Counted from the stretch's first letter, positions 50,039 through 60,451 are shown. The stretch is 64,000 nucleotides of DNA from Candidatus Dojkabacteria bacterium (GCA_016182915.1 JACPFP010000003.1:86788-150787), one strand, 5' to 3'. Numbers and translations are program-made. The notes: a model not told the origin generated them from the sequence alone.

Positions 50039-51121
50039 ATGGAGTTTTTAAGCAAAGGAGACCTGGAAGAGCTACAGAAAGAGATTCTAGACACAGTATC
50101 TTCATTAAAGATTGACGAGAAGATCTCAAGATTAGGGGAATTGCAAACAGAATCTATGGAAGAAGACTTCTGGAAAGACACGAATAGGGCAAAGAAGATT
50201 CTTTCAGAGATGGATATGATCAAAAATGAGGTGGAATCCTCCAAAAAACTTACAGACGATATCGATTTCCTCCTTCAGATGTATAACGAGACGACGCAGT
50301 CAGGACAGGAGGAGATTATAGCTGAGTATCAAGCATTAAAAGACCGCTTCACAAAATTCCAAACCATCAAATTTCTAAGTGGAAAGTATGACTCACACAA
50401 TGCAATTCTCTCCATACACGCAGGACAAGGCGGTACAGAGGCAAATGACTGGGCACAGATGTTAATGAGAATGTATGTAAGATACTGTGAAAGGTTAGGC
50501 TGGAAAGCTGAGGTTATACATATGGTACAAGGGACAGAGACAGGGATCAGCAGCGTAACAATATCAATAAGCGGTCTATATGCATTTGGAAAGCTTAAAA
50601 AAGAGATGGGAACCCACAGATTAGTCCGTCTTTCTCCATTCAATGCTCAAAACCTCAGACAAACCTCCTTTGCAGGAGTTGAGGTTGTACCTGAGATTGA
50701 GGAGGACGATAGTGATATTGTTGTTAAGGATGAGGACTTAGAAATAAAGGCGGTGAGAGCTGGAGGGGCCGGTGGACAACATGTAAATAAAACATCCTCA
50801 GCTGTACAGCTAACTCACCTCCCTACAGGAATCACAGTTCATTCCTCTGAAAGAAGAGACCAGTTCCAGAATAAAAGTGCAGCTATTGCAATCCTTAAAG
50901 CCAAACTCTGGCAGATTGAGGAAGAGAGAAGAAGTAACGAATTGAAAAATATAAAAGGTGAACATAAGATAGCCGGATGGGGAAACCAGATACGAAATTA
51001 TGTCCTCCATCCATACAAATTAGTAAAGGACTTAAGAACCGGAGTTGAAACAAGTAACGCAGAGGCGGTCTTAGATGGCGATCTGGAATCCTTTGTTGAA
51101 GCGCAGGTCAGATTACAGTAA
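50039..51121 (+). CDS. prfB: Peptide chain release factor 2 (single uninterrupted ORF, no programmed frameshift)
   Basis: SPF tripeptide (RLSPFNAQ) and GGQ (RAGGAGGQHVNKT). Confidence 0.9.
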   Translation: MEFLSKGDLEELQKEILDTVSSLKIDEKISRLGELQTESMEEDFWKDTNRAKKILSEMDMIKNEVESSKKLTDDIDFLLQMYNETTQSGQEEIIAEYQALKDRFTKFQTIKFLSGKYDSHNAILSIHAGQGGTEANDWAQMLMRMYVRYCERLGWKAEVIHMVQGTETGISSVTISISGLYAFGKLKKEMGTHRLVRLSPFNAQNLRQTSFAGVEVVPEIEEDDSDIVVKDEDLEIKAVRAGGAGGQHVNKTSSAVQLTHLPTGITVHSSERRDQFQNKSAAIAILKAKLWQIEEERRSNELKNIKGEHKIAGWGNQIRNYVLHPYKLVKDLRTGVETSNAEAVLDGDLESFVEAQVRLQ

Positions 51122-51130
51122 AATGGGGTT

Positions 51131-52144
51131 ATGGATAAAGATATGAATCTGCCAATAATTAATTTCTTGGACGTTTCCAAAGTATATGCTGGGGGAATCG
51201 TTGCACTAAATAAGGTGACCTTCGCAGTCGAGCCTGGGGAGTTCACCTTTATCGTAGGCCCCAGCGGTGCCGGAAAATCGACCTTAATCAGTCTTCTAAT
51301 TAAAGAGGAGAACCCAAGTGATGGAAAGATATACTTTGAGGATATTAATGTTCCTTCAATCCCACGTAAGCTTCTATCAGTATATAGACAACAGTTAGGA
51401 ATTGTATTCCAGGATCTAAAATTAATAGGCTCCAAAACAGTTAGAGAGAATATACAGTTCGCACTAGAAATTACAAATAGTAGAAAGAATGAGGAGATAG
51501 ATGAGACAACTAACTACCTACTAGATATTGTAAACCTTAAAGGTCGTTCTCACCTCTTCCCTGAAGAGCTATCCGGTGGTGAGAAGCAGAGGGTTGCCAT
51601 TGCACGAGCATTAGCCAATGATCCTAAGCTGTTTATAGCAGATGAGCCTACAGGAAATCTTGATCAGGAAAACGCAGAAGAGATTATGAATATTCTGAAG
51701 GCTATTAACGAATGGGGAACTACTGTTGTAGTAATAACCCACGACAATGCAATTGTTGATAGAATGAAAAGAAGAGTAATAGGTATGAATCAGGGAGCCA
51801 TAGTCTCAGATGAGAAGAGTGGTGAGTATAAAACACAGACAGGAAGAAAACCTTCCTTCCTGAAGAGACTAAACGAAAAAGCCTCAACTGATGATGACAC
51901 CAAGGACAAGGAGACGGTACTTCACGATACAAAAGAGCATAAAATAGATAGAGATGTAGATCCTGTAATTCACGAGATTAGGAAAAGAGATAAGAAGCTT
52001 GCTAAAAAACTTGCCAAGGATGGTATAGATTCATTAGAGAAGATACTAGACGAGTCAGAGGAAGAATTAATCTCCAAAGGATATAAAAAGAAACAGATGG
52101 ATATATTGGAAAACGTAGTTAAAAACTATTATAGTAGTAAGTAA
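51131..52144 (+). CDS. ftsE: Cell division ABC ATPase FtsE with about 110-aa charged C-terminal extension
   Basis: Walker [10 protein letters not shown]; signature LSGGEKQR; followed by ftsX. Confidence 0.85.
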   Translation: MDKDMNLPIINFLDVSKVYAGGIVALNKVTFAVEPGEFTFIVGPSGAGKSTLISLLIKEENPSDGKIYFEDINVPSIPRKLLSVYRQQLGIVFQDLKLIGSKTVRENIQFALEITNSRKNEEIDETTNYLLDIVNLKGRSHLFPEELSGGEKQRVAIARALANDPKLFIADEPTGNLDQENAEEIMNILKAINEWGTTVVVITHDNAIVDRMKRRVIGMNQGAIVSDEKSGEYKTQTGRKPSFLKRLNEKASTDDDTKDKETVLHDTKEHKIDRDVDPVIHEIRKRDKKLAKKLAKDGIDSLEKILDESEEELISKGYKKKQMDILENVVKNYYSSK

Positions 52145-53082
52145 TGGAGAACATAAAAAGAATATTCAAGACAACAAAAACAAATATTGTAAGAAATAGA
52201 TGGCTTTCACTCTCTACTATCTTTGTTATAGCTATCGTGTTTACAATTTCTGCCTCCTTTATTATGCTGGCAGTATTAAGTCAGAAAACAGTATCCTTCT
52301 ACGAGAAGAAAGCCCAGGTAATCGTGTTCTTCAAAAAGGAAACTCCTGAAGAGGTAATCTTTAAGTTCAGGGATACAATAAACGATAAAGATATTGTTGA
52401 AAATATTGAGTATATTTCAAAAGAGATGGCCTTGGAGATATATAAACAAGACTTCGAGAATGATCCTGACCTTGTAGATACAATTACAGCAGATACCCTA
52501 CCCCCGAGTTTGAATATCAGAGCAAAATCAATCGGAGATTTGGAAACAATTATTAAATCGATTAATGCAGAGAAGGAAAAGAATGCCTATGTAGATGAGG
52601 TTTTCTACTTCAAGGATGTTCTAGATAATATTAAAACCCTTTCAAGGTTTATAAGTATTGCGGCCGGAGTATTAATTACGGGATTGGCTATAATCTCATT
52701 CGCACTAATCATGGTTACTATTGGTTTTAATATTCTTTCACATAAGAATGAGATTGAGATTATGCACCTTGTTGGTAGTACAGATCAGTATATTAGGGTT
52801 CCATTTATCCTAGAAGGAGCATTTTACGGGCTTATGGGTGGAGTTATCTCTTCTACTTTAATCCTTCTTCCATGGTATCTTGCAATGTACTACTCCGTTG
52901 GAACAGACTTTCATTACTGGGTCTCACAGATTCTTACTGACCTCTCTCTTGGATACCTTAAAACTTTCAATTTACAGTTCACATCTATCTTTACCTTCAC
53001 ACAGATCTTTTTGGGAATTTTCTTCGGTTCAATAAGTAGCTACTTTGCAGTTATTAAGTACTTGAATTTAAGAAATAAGTAG
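52144..53082 (+). CDS. ftsX: Cell division permease-like protein FtsX
   Basis: N-terminal TM, periplasmic domain, 3 C-terminal TM; ATGA overlap with ftsE. Confidence 0.75.
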   Translation: MENIKRIFKTTKTNIVRNRWLSLSTIFVIAIVFTISASFIMLAVLSQKTVSFYEKKAQVIVFFKKETPEEVIFKFRDTINDKDIVENIEYISKEMALEIYKQDFENDPDLVDTITADTLPPSLNIRAKSIGDLETIIKSINAEKEKNAYVDEVFYFKDVLDNIKTLSRFISIAAGVLITGLAIISFALIMVTIGFNILSHKNEIEIMHLVGSTDQYIRVPFILEGAFYGLMGGVISSTLILLPWYLAMYYSVGTDFHYWVSQILTDLSLGYLKTFNLQFTSIFTFTQIFLGIFFGSISSYFAVIKYLNLRNK

Positions 53083-53090
53083 AATATAGA

Positions 53091-54395
53091 ATGAGAACTC
53101 AACTTTCGAAAACAGTTTTGTTTTTAACGGTTTTTACATTTGTATTTATTGGCATCTTTTTACTCCTCGACAGGTCCTCTATGGGAATTAATAAGGTTTC
53201 TGCGTATGCAACATCATGTCCAAAAGAGATAGAGAATACACCAGAATGCCTTGTCTTCCTACAGAAACAAAAGGATCTTATTAATGCTGAAAAGCAAGGA
53301 TACAGTAGCGGACTCTCAAACGAACAGTACCAACAGCTATCACTTCTAGACAAAATTAAATATATAGACTCCCAACTTGCTGGAATGGAAAACAAAATAG
53401 ATTCCCTCGAGGTAGAGATAGAAACAAAGAATGTTGAGATTCGGATACTTGGAAGAGAAATTACTGAGATTACAAATAATATTGAAACTATCTCGCAGGA
53501 GATTCGTAAGCTGGAAAACAGCGTAAATAAAAGGATCTCAATTTCATATAAATACTCTTTCATAACTCCTGTGGAAATGATATTTGAAAACTCAAATTTT
53601 GAGACATTACTTAGAAAACTTAAATACCTTTCTGAGACAAAGAAAAAAGACAAAGAATTACTTGCTGAAATGACAAGACATTCCAAGTCCTTAAGTGATG
53701 AGCAGAAACTTTTAGCAAAAAAACAGAAGGAAGTTGAGGAGAAAAGAAACCAAATTGAGGAAGAAAAAACAGAACAGTTCGATCTCAAAGAACAGATGGC
53801 AGCCCAAAGATCAGAAAGAGCCATTTTATACGCAGAATCAAAAAAGAGAGAACAGGAACTTCTGGCAAAGCTAGATGCCGCAAGAAGGGCTGAATCAAGT
53901 GTTGAGGCATCAATAATTAAGTACATTCAAGATCACCCTGAAACGCTTGTTAACTCTGGATCTGTCGTAGCAGGTTCGTATATTGGTAGAATGGGAAGTA
54001 CTGGATGCGCCTCAGGTGACCACCTACATTTCACTATAGAATACACAAGCCAGCCAATTGGTTATGCAAGTATTAATCCATGGAATGGATATCTTAAAAA
54101 AGGTCCTGACTACTGGGCTATATATGGAGGGTGGACATACTACAATATTCATGCCGGATCTATGGTTGTCCCCCTAACTGGAACAAATGTATTTCTTACA
54201 CAGGATAGGCATAAGGGCTGGTCCGGTGGGATGGGCAATGCAATTGATTTGTCGAGTACGGATGGATCTTCTACCTATGTAAGAGCAGCTAAAGCAGGGA
54301 CTTTATATAAGGGGGTAGAACCAATTTGTGGAGGGAAGTACGCAAAGATTGTACACTCAGGTGGTATTGAGTCTTTCTATCTTCATCTGAAATAA
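53091..54395 (+). CDS. Coiled-coil M23 (LytM) peptidase, EnvC-like
   Basis: Long coiled-coil N-terminal region; GDHLHFTIEY HxH motif region. Confidence 0.75.
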   Translation: MRTQLSKTVLFLTVFTFVFIGIFLLLDRSSMGINKVSAYATSCPKEIENTPECLVFLQKQKDLINAEKQGYSSGLSNEQYQQLSLLDKIKYIDSQLAGMENKIDSLEVEIETKNVEIRILGREITEITNNIETISQEIRKLENSVNKRISISYKYSFITPVEMIFENSNFETLLRKLKYLSETKKKDKELLAEMTRHSKSLSDEQKLLAKKQKEVEEKRNQIEEEKTEQFDLKEQMAAQRSERAILYAESKKREQELLAKLDAARRAESSVEASIIKYIQDHPETLVNSGSVVAGSYIGRMGSTGCASGDHLHFTIEYTSQPIGYASINPWNGYLKKGPDYWAIYGGWTYYNIHAGSMVVPLTGTNVFLTQDRHKGWSGGMGNAIDLSSTDGSSTYVRAAKAGTLYKGVEPICGGKYAKIVHSGGIESFYLHLK

Positions 54396-54441
54396 TCTAG
54401 GATTTCACTTTGATTTCATCTTCATCCTGTACCATTAAGGT

Positions 54442-55221
54442 ATGGTATATGACCTCTCAAAAAACAGATGGATCGGAATAATACTCTTCAGTGTTATATT
54501 GGCAATACTACTCGCTCTTAAAGTCAGGGAGAATTATGTATTTGCGTCATCTTCAGTCGTTTTCAATGAAATTTTCTATGACCCAAGTGGAACAGACAGT
54601 GGTTATGAGTGGATAGAGTTGTACAATCCCCTCTCCGTTGAACTTCCTATAGGAGGATGGAAGGTTCAGGTAGCAGGAAGTATCTTTACTGATGTGGCAA
54701 CCCTACCTATAATCTCAATTCCAACGAAAGGTTATCTAACAATATGCGAAAGCAAGGTTGTAGAGTGCGATGTCTACGTAAGTAAACTCACTATACAAAA
54801 TGGAGGAGAGTCTTCAGATGGTATTCAACTATTAGACAGCAAAGGAAATGTTGTAGATACGGTTATATACGACTCTCCAAATACCAATAACCTCACAAAA
54901 GAGAATGGAACCGTAGTTGGAAATAACGAGACTGCTTCAGCAAGTGGAAGTGGAAAGAGTATAGGGAGAAAGAATATGATTGATACAGATAACTCATATA
55001 ATGACTTTTATATTTTCGACACCCCGACTTTTGGTAGTATAAACACTACCTCTGAAGTTCTCCTTCCGACGGGTGAGTTTCCTCTATTGATTATCCTCAT
55101 TCTCCTCTTTATTCTTCTAACATATTCTGATAGACTAAACGGATATAGAATAAATTTATTAGATAGTTTAAATGCCACGAACAAAGTCAAAAGCCTCTTC
55201 CACATCAAAAAAGGTAGCTAA
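54442..55221 (+). CDS. Lamin-tail-domain (LTD) protein with N-terminal TM and C-terminal TM
   Basis: VVFNEIFYDPSGTDSGYEWIELYN LTD motif. Confidence 0.6.
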   Translation: MVYDLSKNRWIGIILFSVILAILLALKVRENYVFASSSVVFNEIFYDPSGTDSGYEWIELYNPLSVELPIGGWKVQVAGSIFTDVATLPIISIPTKGYLTICESKVVECDVYVSKLTIQNGGESSDGIQLLDSKGNVVDTVIYDSPNTNNLTKENGTVVGNNETASASGSGKSIGRKNMIDTDNSYNDFYIFDTPTFGSINTTSEVLLPTGEFPLLIILILLFILLTYSDRLNGYRINLLDSLNATNKVKSLFHIKKGS

Positions 55222-55981
55222 GAAAGCTGAGAAGATTGTAAATGAATTAAAGGGTACAACACCGGTTGTAACTTCATTACCAAAAGGGAAACTGCAGGTT
55301 AAGTTAGATAAGAAGAAGGTAGTAAAGGTACTTCTCTATACTCTCCTTTTCGTTCTTTCCTTTGCACTTATCGACCTCTTTGTACAATACCTTAACAATG
55401 GATACAGTGTAGCGGTTGTAAACGGACAGAGAGTAACCAAGAGTGAATACTATGATAGACTTTCAAAGGGATATGGTCTTCAGGCAACATCTGCTTTAAT
55501 TGACGAAACACTCATTGAACAGGAAGGAGAGGCTAAAGACATTACTGTAACACAAAAGGATGTAGATGATAGAGTTAAGGAGATCTCTGATCAGTTAGGT
55601 GGAGATAAGGTACTTGAGGAAACTCTTAAAGCTAACAACATAACAAGAGAAGATATTGAGAGACAGATTAGGTTAGAAATTATTACAACTAGAATTCTTG
55701 AACCATCACTTAAATATGAAGATAAAGATGTAGAAGCATTCTTTAATCAGTATAAAAGCGTTCTATACCAGGATGAGGACGTAAAATTCGCAGATAAGAA
55801 GGTTGAAGTGACAAATAGCTTCATAAGTCAGAAGGTTGAAGAAGCTAAAACCGCTTGGTTGGAAGGATTAAGAGGTAAAGCAAAGATACAGAACAATATC
55901 AGTACTGAGCCAACATATGGGGCATTCAAAACCATTACAAATATCATCAACAATATGTTAAAAGAGATAAAGAATAAGTAG
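55172..55981 (+). CDS. SurA N-terminal-domain-like chaperone protein (no PPIase domain)
   Basis: N-terminal TM then SurA_N-like region. Confidence 0.45.
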   Translation: MPRTKSKASSTSKKVAKKAEKIVNELKGTTPVVTSLPKGKLQVKLDKKKVVKVLLYTLLFVLSFALIDLFVQYLNNGYSVAVVNGQRVTKSEYYDRLSKGYGLQATSALIDETLIEQEGEAKDITVTQKDVDDRVKEISDQLGGDKVLEETLKANNITREDIERQIRLEIITTRILEPSLKYEDKDVEAFFNQYKSVLYQDEDVKFADKKVEVTNSFISQKVEEAKTAWLEGLRGKAKIQNNISTEPTYGAFKTITNIINNMLKEIKNK

Positions 55982-56000
55982 TTTTGATACTGTTTGATTA

Positions 56001-56036
56001 TAAAAAAGGGAGCTTTAATAGCTCCCTTTTCTTTTA
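56001..56036. terminator. Bidirectional intrinsic terminator between convergent genes
   Basis: 9-bp stem AAGGGAGCT/AGCTCCCTT with 5-nt loop, flanked by A6 upstream and TTCTTTT downstream. Confidence 0.65.
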
Positions 56037-56048
56037 GTCACATATACC

Positions 56049-56636
56049 TTAGAGACTTAGATTCTCCGATGGCTCAACCATAACATACTCTCCGTTTGGG
56101 GCTGAGTAGATCATTGATATTTTGCCTGTTTCAGAGTTCTTAAAAAGAATCTGCATATCTCCCATAAGTTCCATCTTCTCGATTGCCTCTCCTTCAGACA
56201 TTGGTGTCATATTCTCAAGTTTAACTCTTCTAGCAATTCGAGGTGCATAATCAGCAAAACTAGAGATCTCCTCCTCTATCGCCTCTTCTATAGTGTCCTG
56301 AGCCTCTAAAACCTTCCATGGAGTAACTCCTTCCCAATTCTCTTTCCTATCGTAGTACCTTCGTAGTCTTCTAAAAAGAATATCGGTTCCTTTATCAATA
56401 ATTGCATACATATCTGGTCCTCTTTCCTCTACTCTTACAAGTGCTTTTGGAAGAAGTACATTTATATCCAGGATAAAATCTTTATCTATCCCTTTAGCAT
56501 GTACATTCTCCTTGAATACAACGTCAATAGTATTAATATCCTTAAATAACTCCTCATGTTTACTTATCTTTTCCTCTAGATATTTCTTTAGAGCAGCAGA
56601 ATGCTCCATTCCAGTAAATGAAATGTTCATATTCAT
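56049..56636 (-). CDS. hpf: Ribosome hibernation promoting factor (long HPF)
   Basis: N-terminal RaiA/HPF domain plus C-terminal dimerisation domain. Confidence 0.85.
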   Translation of the reverse strand: MNMNISFTGMEHSAALKKYLEEKISKHEELFKDINTIDVVFKENVHAKGIDKDFILDINVLLPKALVRVEERGPDMYAIIDKGTDILFRRLRRYYDRKENWEGVTPWKVLEAQDTIEEAIEEEISSFADYAPRIARRVKLENMTPMSEGEAIEKMELMGDMQILFKNSETGKISMIYSAPNGEYVMVEPSENLSL

Positions 56637-56654
56637 CTTGGGGAAAATAATAAT

Positions 56655-57113
56655 TTAGCTCTTCTTAAATACAGAATACAATCCATATCCGAGAACTGCA
56701 AGCAAGGCTGTACCACCAATTATCATAAATACTGTGTCAGTAGCTGAAGATTTATATTCTGGTTCCTTAACCACGATGTCATATTTATCAGAGAAGTATT
56801 TAATGATTGGTTGATCGCCAACTAAATATTCGGTATCACTTACTATCATAAAAGGTACTCCTTGATCTGATTGAGGGGCGTTATATTTCTTAAATTCTGC
56901 ATCTAATTTATCAATATTCTCTTGATTATTTAGGGTTTCTATAATCTCCACCTTATCGTTTAAACTATACTGATTCAAAAAGGCCTTAACTTTTGCACAA
57001 TGTTGACATCCTTCTCTTACATATAATTTGAGTGGGGCTTCCTCTGCATATAATGGAGCTAGGGAGAAGAGAAGAAAGAAGATACCTGCAATAATTGTAA
57101 GTATTTTTTTCAT
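56655..57113 (-). CDS. Thioredoxin-fold protein (CxxC) with signal peptide and C-terminal TM
   Basis: CQHC motif. Confidence 0.5.
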   Translation of the reverse strand: MKKILTIIAGIFFLLFSLAPLYAEEAPLKLYVREGCQHCAKVKAFLNQYSLNDKVEIIETLNNQENIDKLDAEFKKYNAPQSDQGVPFMIVSDTEYLVGDQPIIKYFSDKYDIVVKEPEYKSSATDTVFMIIGGTALLAVLGYGLYSVFKKS

Positions 57114-57211
57114 ATTTGATAGTCTAAATGTTATACTTTATATTGTAACAGATGAGAGAAATATAGCAAAGAGAGATAATATCTTTAGAACTTAATTAGA
57201 TTTATATACAA

Positions 57212-57550
57212 ATGCCAAAAGTACCTATAAATACGCTTGGGAAAGAAAGATTTCAACACTCCCCTGACGCAAGCAGTTATGTCCTCCTTTATCAGGAAAA
57301 TGTATACCTACCTAGAACTCCAAGATATGAAGGAATTCCATTCGAATTCAAAATTGTGGAAGTACAGGGAGGGTATAAAGTTAACTTTGTAGAAGGTCCA
57401 TTAGTTGAGACTCCTGAAAATGCTCAATCAATACAAGAGTTAGTTTTTACAGATATTGTTCAGTTAGAATTTGCTATGGAGGCTGAAGAGGTTAACCTCT
57501 ATGCTTTAGTTAATAAGGCAGACGGTAACTATATTGAGTTCGTTTTATAA
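57212..57550 (+). CDS. hypothetical protein
   Basis: 112-aa ORF. Confidence 0.35.
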   Translation: MPKVPINTLGKERFQHSPDASSYVLLYQENVYLPRTPRYEGIPFEFKIVEVQGGYKVNFVEGPLVETPENAQSIQELVFTDIVQLEFAMEAEEVNLYALVNKADGNYIEFVL

Positions 57551-57613
57551 TTATTTTTCCTTTTCTATACGGGTTGCCAAATCAAAACATGGACTATATA
57601 ATGCTATAGATAT

Positions 57614-57685
57614 TCCGCGGTAGCTCAATGGTGGAGCGGCTCGCTGTTAACGAGTAGGTTGAAGGTTCGAGTCCTTCCCGCGGAG
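57614..57685 (+). tRNA. tRNA-Asn(GTT)
   Basis: Anticodon loop CUGUUAA; acceptor TCCGCGG/CCGCGGA; G discriminator. Confidence 0.9.
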
Positions 57686-57694
57686 TAGTTATTT

Positions 57695-58192
57695 TCATTC
57701 TGTCTTAAGAACCTTTTTTAATACTTCTGAAGTGGAAGACATGTTCATAGCATCTATTTGAAGAAATTCAATGCCTAGTTCTTCGGCTATCTTCTTCTTT
57801 CTGAAAACATATTTATCCTTTACTGTAACAGTTAACAGGAATGTTGGTTGCAATTTTCTCCAAATCTCGGTATGTATTAAAATGGCTTCTTTACTTGCAA
57901 AATCATAAATATCATCCACTCGGAAAATATAATCTATAGATTTCAACTCGTTCAACTGCTCCGCCCTATCCACAAACGTGTTTATTGGTCTTCCAACTCC
58001 TTTTGATAACTCAATAGATTTGTCATTTTCTAGCCCAATAAAAAGAATATCGACTTTATTTTTAGCTTCTTTGAAAAACTTAATATGACCAATATGAAGA
58101 ATATCAAAGCAACCAGTAATTAAGCCAACTTTCTTACCTTCTTTCCTATACTCTTTACTTAAATTGCATGCTTTTTGAAGTTTGATAATCAC
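57695..58192 (-). CDS. Cytidylyltransferase-like nucleotidyltransferase (HIGH motif; TagD/RfaE-II-like)
   Basis: GCFDILHIGH motif. Confidence 0.6.
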   Translation of the reverse strand: MIIKLQKACNLSKEYRKEGKKVGLITGCFDILHIGHIKFFKEAKNKVDILFIGLENDKSIELSKGVGRPINTFVDRAEQLNELKSIDYIFRVDDIYDFASKEAILIHTEIWRKLQPTFLLTVTVKDKYVFRKKKIAEELGIEFLQIDAMNMSSTSEVLKKVLKTE

Positions 58193-58300
58193 TGACTATA
58201 ATTATAGCTCAAAATTCAATAGTCTGCTAACTAAAGTCCAATCTACTTCAAAGTTAAACTTCAGGTTAAGGAATATGTCATATACGGGGAGCCATATCTT

Positions 58301-58987
58301 CTATGAAACTTTTGTTCCCTCAACCAAAAGGGTGTCACAATAAAACATATAAGGAGGATTTGCTTCTTTCGTATCATCAACGACACTGTCTCCATCAGTA
58401 TATTTCATATTGAAATTCGGAAATGCATTATTTAGCATTTTAATTGCAGTTTCTTTTGTGTACATAGGTTCTTCACCAAAAACTAATCTTTGTCCTTCTC
58501 TATCAATTCTTTTTATATTAATTGAGAATTCAATAGCTATTTTCCCTCCAACTCTTAATATTCTTGATATTTCAGTAGCCATCACGTTGAAGATCATTTC
58601 TGGAAAAAGGTATAACGTACCCGAATTAAACACCCCATCGTAGCTATTTGAGTCTAATGGAAATGATTTTACTAGATTAAAAACTTTTAACTCCAATTTT
58701 CTTTGCAGATTGACCGGAGTATTTGCAAATAATTTATCTAACGCTCCTTGATCTATATCAACATCAAGAACATTATCTGCAGTATTTGCTATTAAATTAT
58801 TATATCTTCCGTCTCCAGCAGCTAAGTTTACCCAGCTTGTACCCTTTTTTACAACCCGCTTTAGAAAATCTACTGTTGCCGTATCCTCTTTTCCCCATAT
58901 TGAACTTTTTGAGGTTTTAGAATAATCAATACCTTCTGAGAATACAAATTCCTTTTCATTTGCAGGAACTGGTTTGGCTTTTGGCAT
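58301..58987 (-). CDS. Class I SAM-dependent methyltransferase
   Basis: VNLAAGDGRY motif I. Confidence 0.6.
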   Translation of the reverse strand: MPKAKPVPANEKEFVFSEGIDYSKTSKSSIWGKEDTATVDFLKRVVKKGTSWVNLAAGDGRYNNLIANTADNVLDVDIDQGALDKLFANTPVNLQRKLELKVFNLVKSFPLDSNSYDGVFNSGTLYLFPEMIFNVMATEISRILRVGGKIAIEFSINIKRIDREGQRLVFGEEPMYTKETAIKMLNNAFPNFNMKYTDGDSVVDDTKEANPPYMFYCDTLLVEGTKVS

Positions 58988-59140
58988 TTTTTGTAAAACT
59001 AAAGTTATGATTAATTATACAACAACATCTGGTAATTGACTTAGTTGATTGTAAATCAGCCTTAAAGTTAAGAAGTATATAGTATTGTAGCATTACTTCT
59101 TCTTTCATCATCTAGCTATAAATTAGTGATATAATTTCGC

Positions 59141-59554
59141 ATGATAAAAATATCAAAAGCAACAAGGAAAGATGACTTAAATAAAGAATGGAAAGAGTTC
59201 TCACATTTAAAATATGGTCAAGGGGCCAATTGGATTGAAAAGATCTACAGATTTAAGGCGGTAGAAGATGGGAAGATATTAGGCACAATAGAAGGTAAGT
59301 ATGAGCCAGGAGTTATATATATTTCAGCCCTAATGGTAACAGAAAACGCTCGTGGGAAAGGTATTGGAAGAATGCTAATTGAAAAAACAGAAAAGTGGGG
59401 AAAGACTCTAGGTGCTCATAGAACATGGTTAAGCACAGGAGCCAATTGGTCTAATCGTTCATTTTACGAAAAGCTAGGATTCAAAGTGATTGCGAACTTC
59501 TCCGATTTCTATTTTCATAAAGACTTTGTAATTTACAGCCGTTTAATAAAATAA
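59141..59554 (+). CDS. GNAT-family N-acetyltransferase
   Basis: RGKGIGRML motif A; TATAAT ends 6 nt before the ATG. Confidence 0.75.
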   Translation: MIKISKATRKDDLNKEWKEFSHLKYGQGANWIEKIYRFKAVEDGKILGTIEGKYEPGVIYISALMVTENARGKGIGRMLIEKTEKWGKTLGAHRTWLSTGANWSNRSFYEKLGFKVIANFSDFYFHKDFVIYSRLIK

Positions 59555-59577
59555 AATATTATTTAACTATTCCACAT

Positions 59578-59958
59578 ATGAAAACAATATTAGTAGATGC
59601 AGTTGGAACATTTGTAGTAGATATGAAGATAAATGAAGAGATGCATAAACTCCTTGAACAGTATCCAAATAGAAAGATAATCTTAACCAATGCAAATGAT
59701 GAACAGTTAGCTACTTTTGGATTAGTAAACATGCCATATGATATGTTCACCCTTAAGCATAACCCAGACAAAACGGATCCAAAGTATTTCGAAGCTATGT
59801 TAAGTAACTTTAACCTAACTCCTGAGGATGTAATATACTTTGAACATAGCCAGGAAGCAGTAGATAGTGCGAAATCAGTGGGTATTACATCATACTTCTA
59901 TGACGCAGAAAAGAAGGATTTAGAATCATTGAAGACCTTCCTAGATAGCAACTGCTAA
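59578..59958 (+). CDS. small HAD-like hydrolase fold protein
   Basis: ILVDAVGTF N-terminal DxxG-like motif; 126 aa. Confidence 0.4.
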   Translation: MKTILVDAVGTFVVDMKINEEMHKLLEQYPNRKIILTNANDEQLATFGLVNMPYDMFTLKHNPDKTDPKYFEAMLSNFNLTPEDVIYFEHSQEAVDSAKSVGITSYFYDAEKKDLESLKTFLDSNC

Positions 59959-59980
59959 AACAATAGGAGTATAATCGGGT

Positions 59981-60451
59981 ATGAATAAGCCCAGATTCTC
60001 AATTACACATAAAGATCCTCAGTTGTTGAAACTAATCTCTGAAACTGAGCAAAAAATACTTGCTATCTGGGCAATTGAGTGTGCAGAACGAGTTCTGCCA
60101 TACTTTGAAAATATGTTTCCACAAGACAAACGACCTAGAAATGCACTAGAAACCCTTCAAACATGGATTGAGACTGGAGAGTTTAAGATGTCAGTTATAC
60201 GTAAAGCCTCACTAGATTCTCACCGTGCAGCACGTGAAGTTGGAGATGATAACCCCGCTCGCTCTGCGGCAAGAGCTGCTGGACAGGCTGTAGCGACAGC
60301 GCATGTCCCTAGACACGCCTACGGACCTGCAATTTATGCCCAACAAGCTATATTCAGAGCCTCACCTCCTGAAGAGGCTGAGAAGAGGGCATCTAAAGAA
60401 AGAGATTGGCAATATAATAGATTAGTGAAATTAAGAAGTCGGATTAACTAA
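59981..60451 (+). CDS. hypothetical protein resembling an Imm5-type putative immunity protein family (from memory; unverified); locally higher GC
   Basis: AIWAIECAERVLPYFE...RPRNALETLQTWIETGE pattern. Confidence 0.35.
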   Translation: MNKPRFSITHKDPQLLKLISETEQKILAIWAIECAERVLPYFENMFPQDKRPRNALETLQTWIETGEFKMSVIRKASLDSHRAAREVGDDNPARSAARAAGQAVATAHVPRHAYGPAIYAQQAIFRASPPEEAEKRASKERDWQYNRLVKLRSRIN

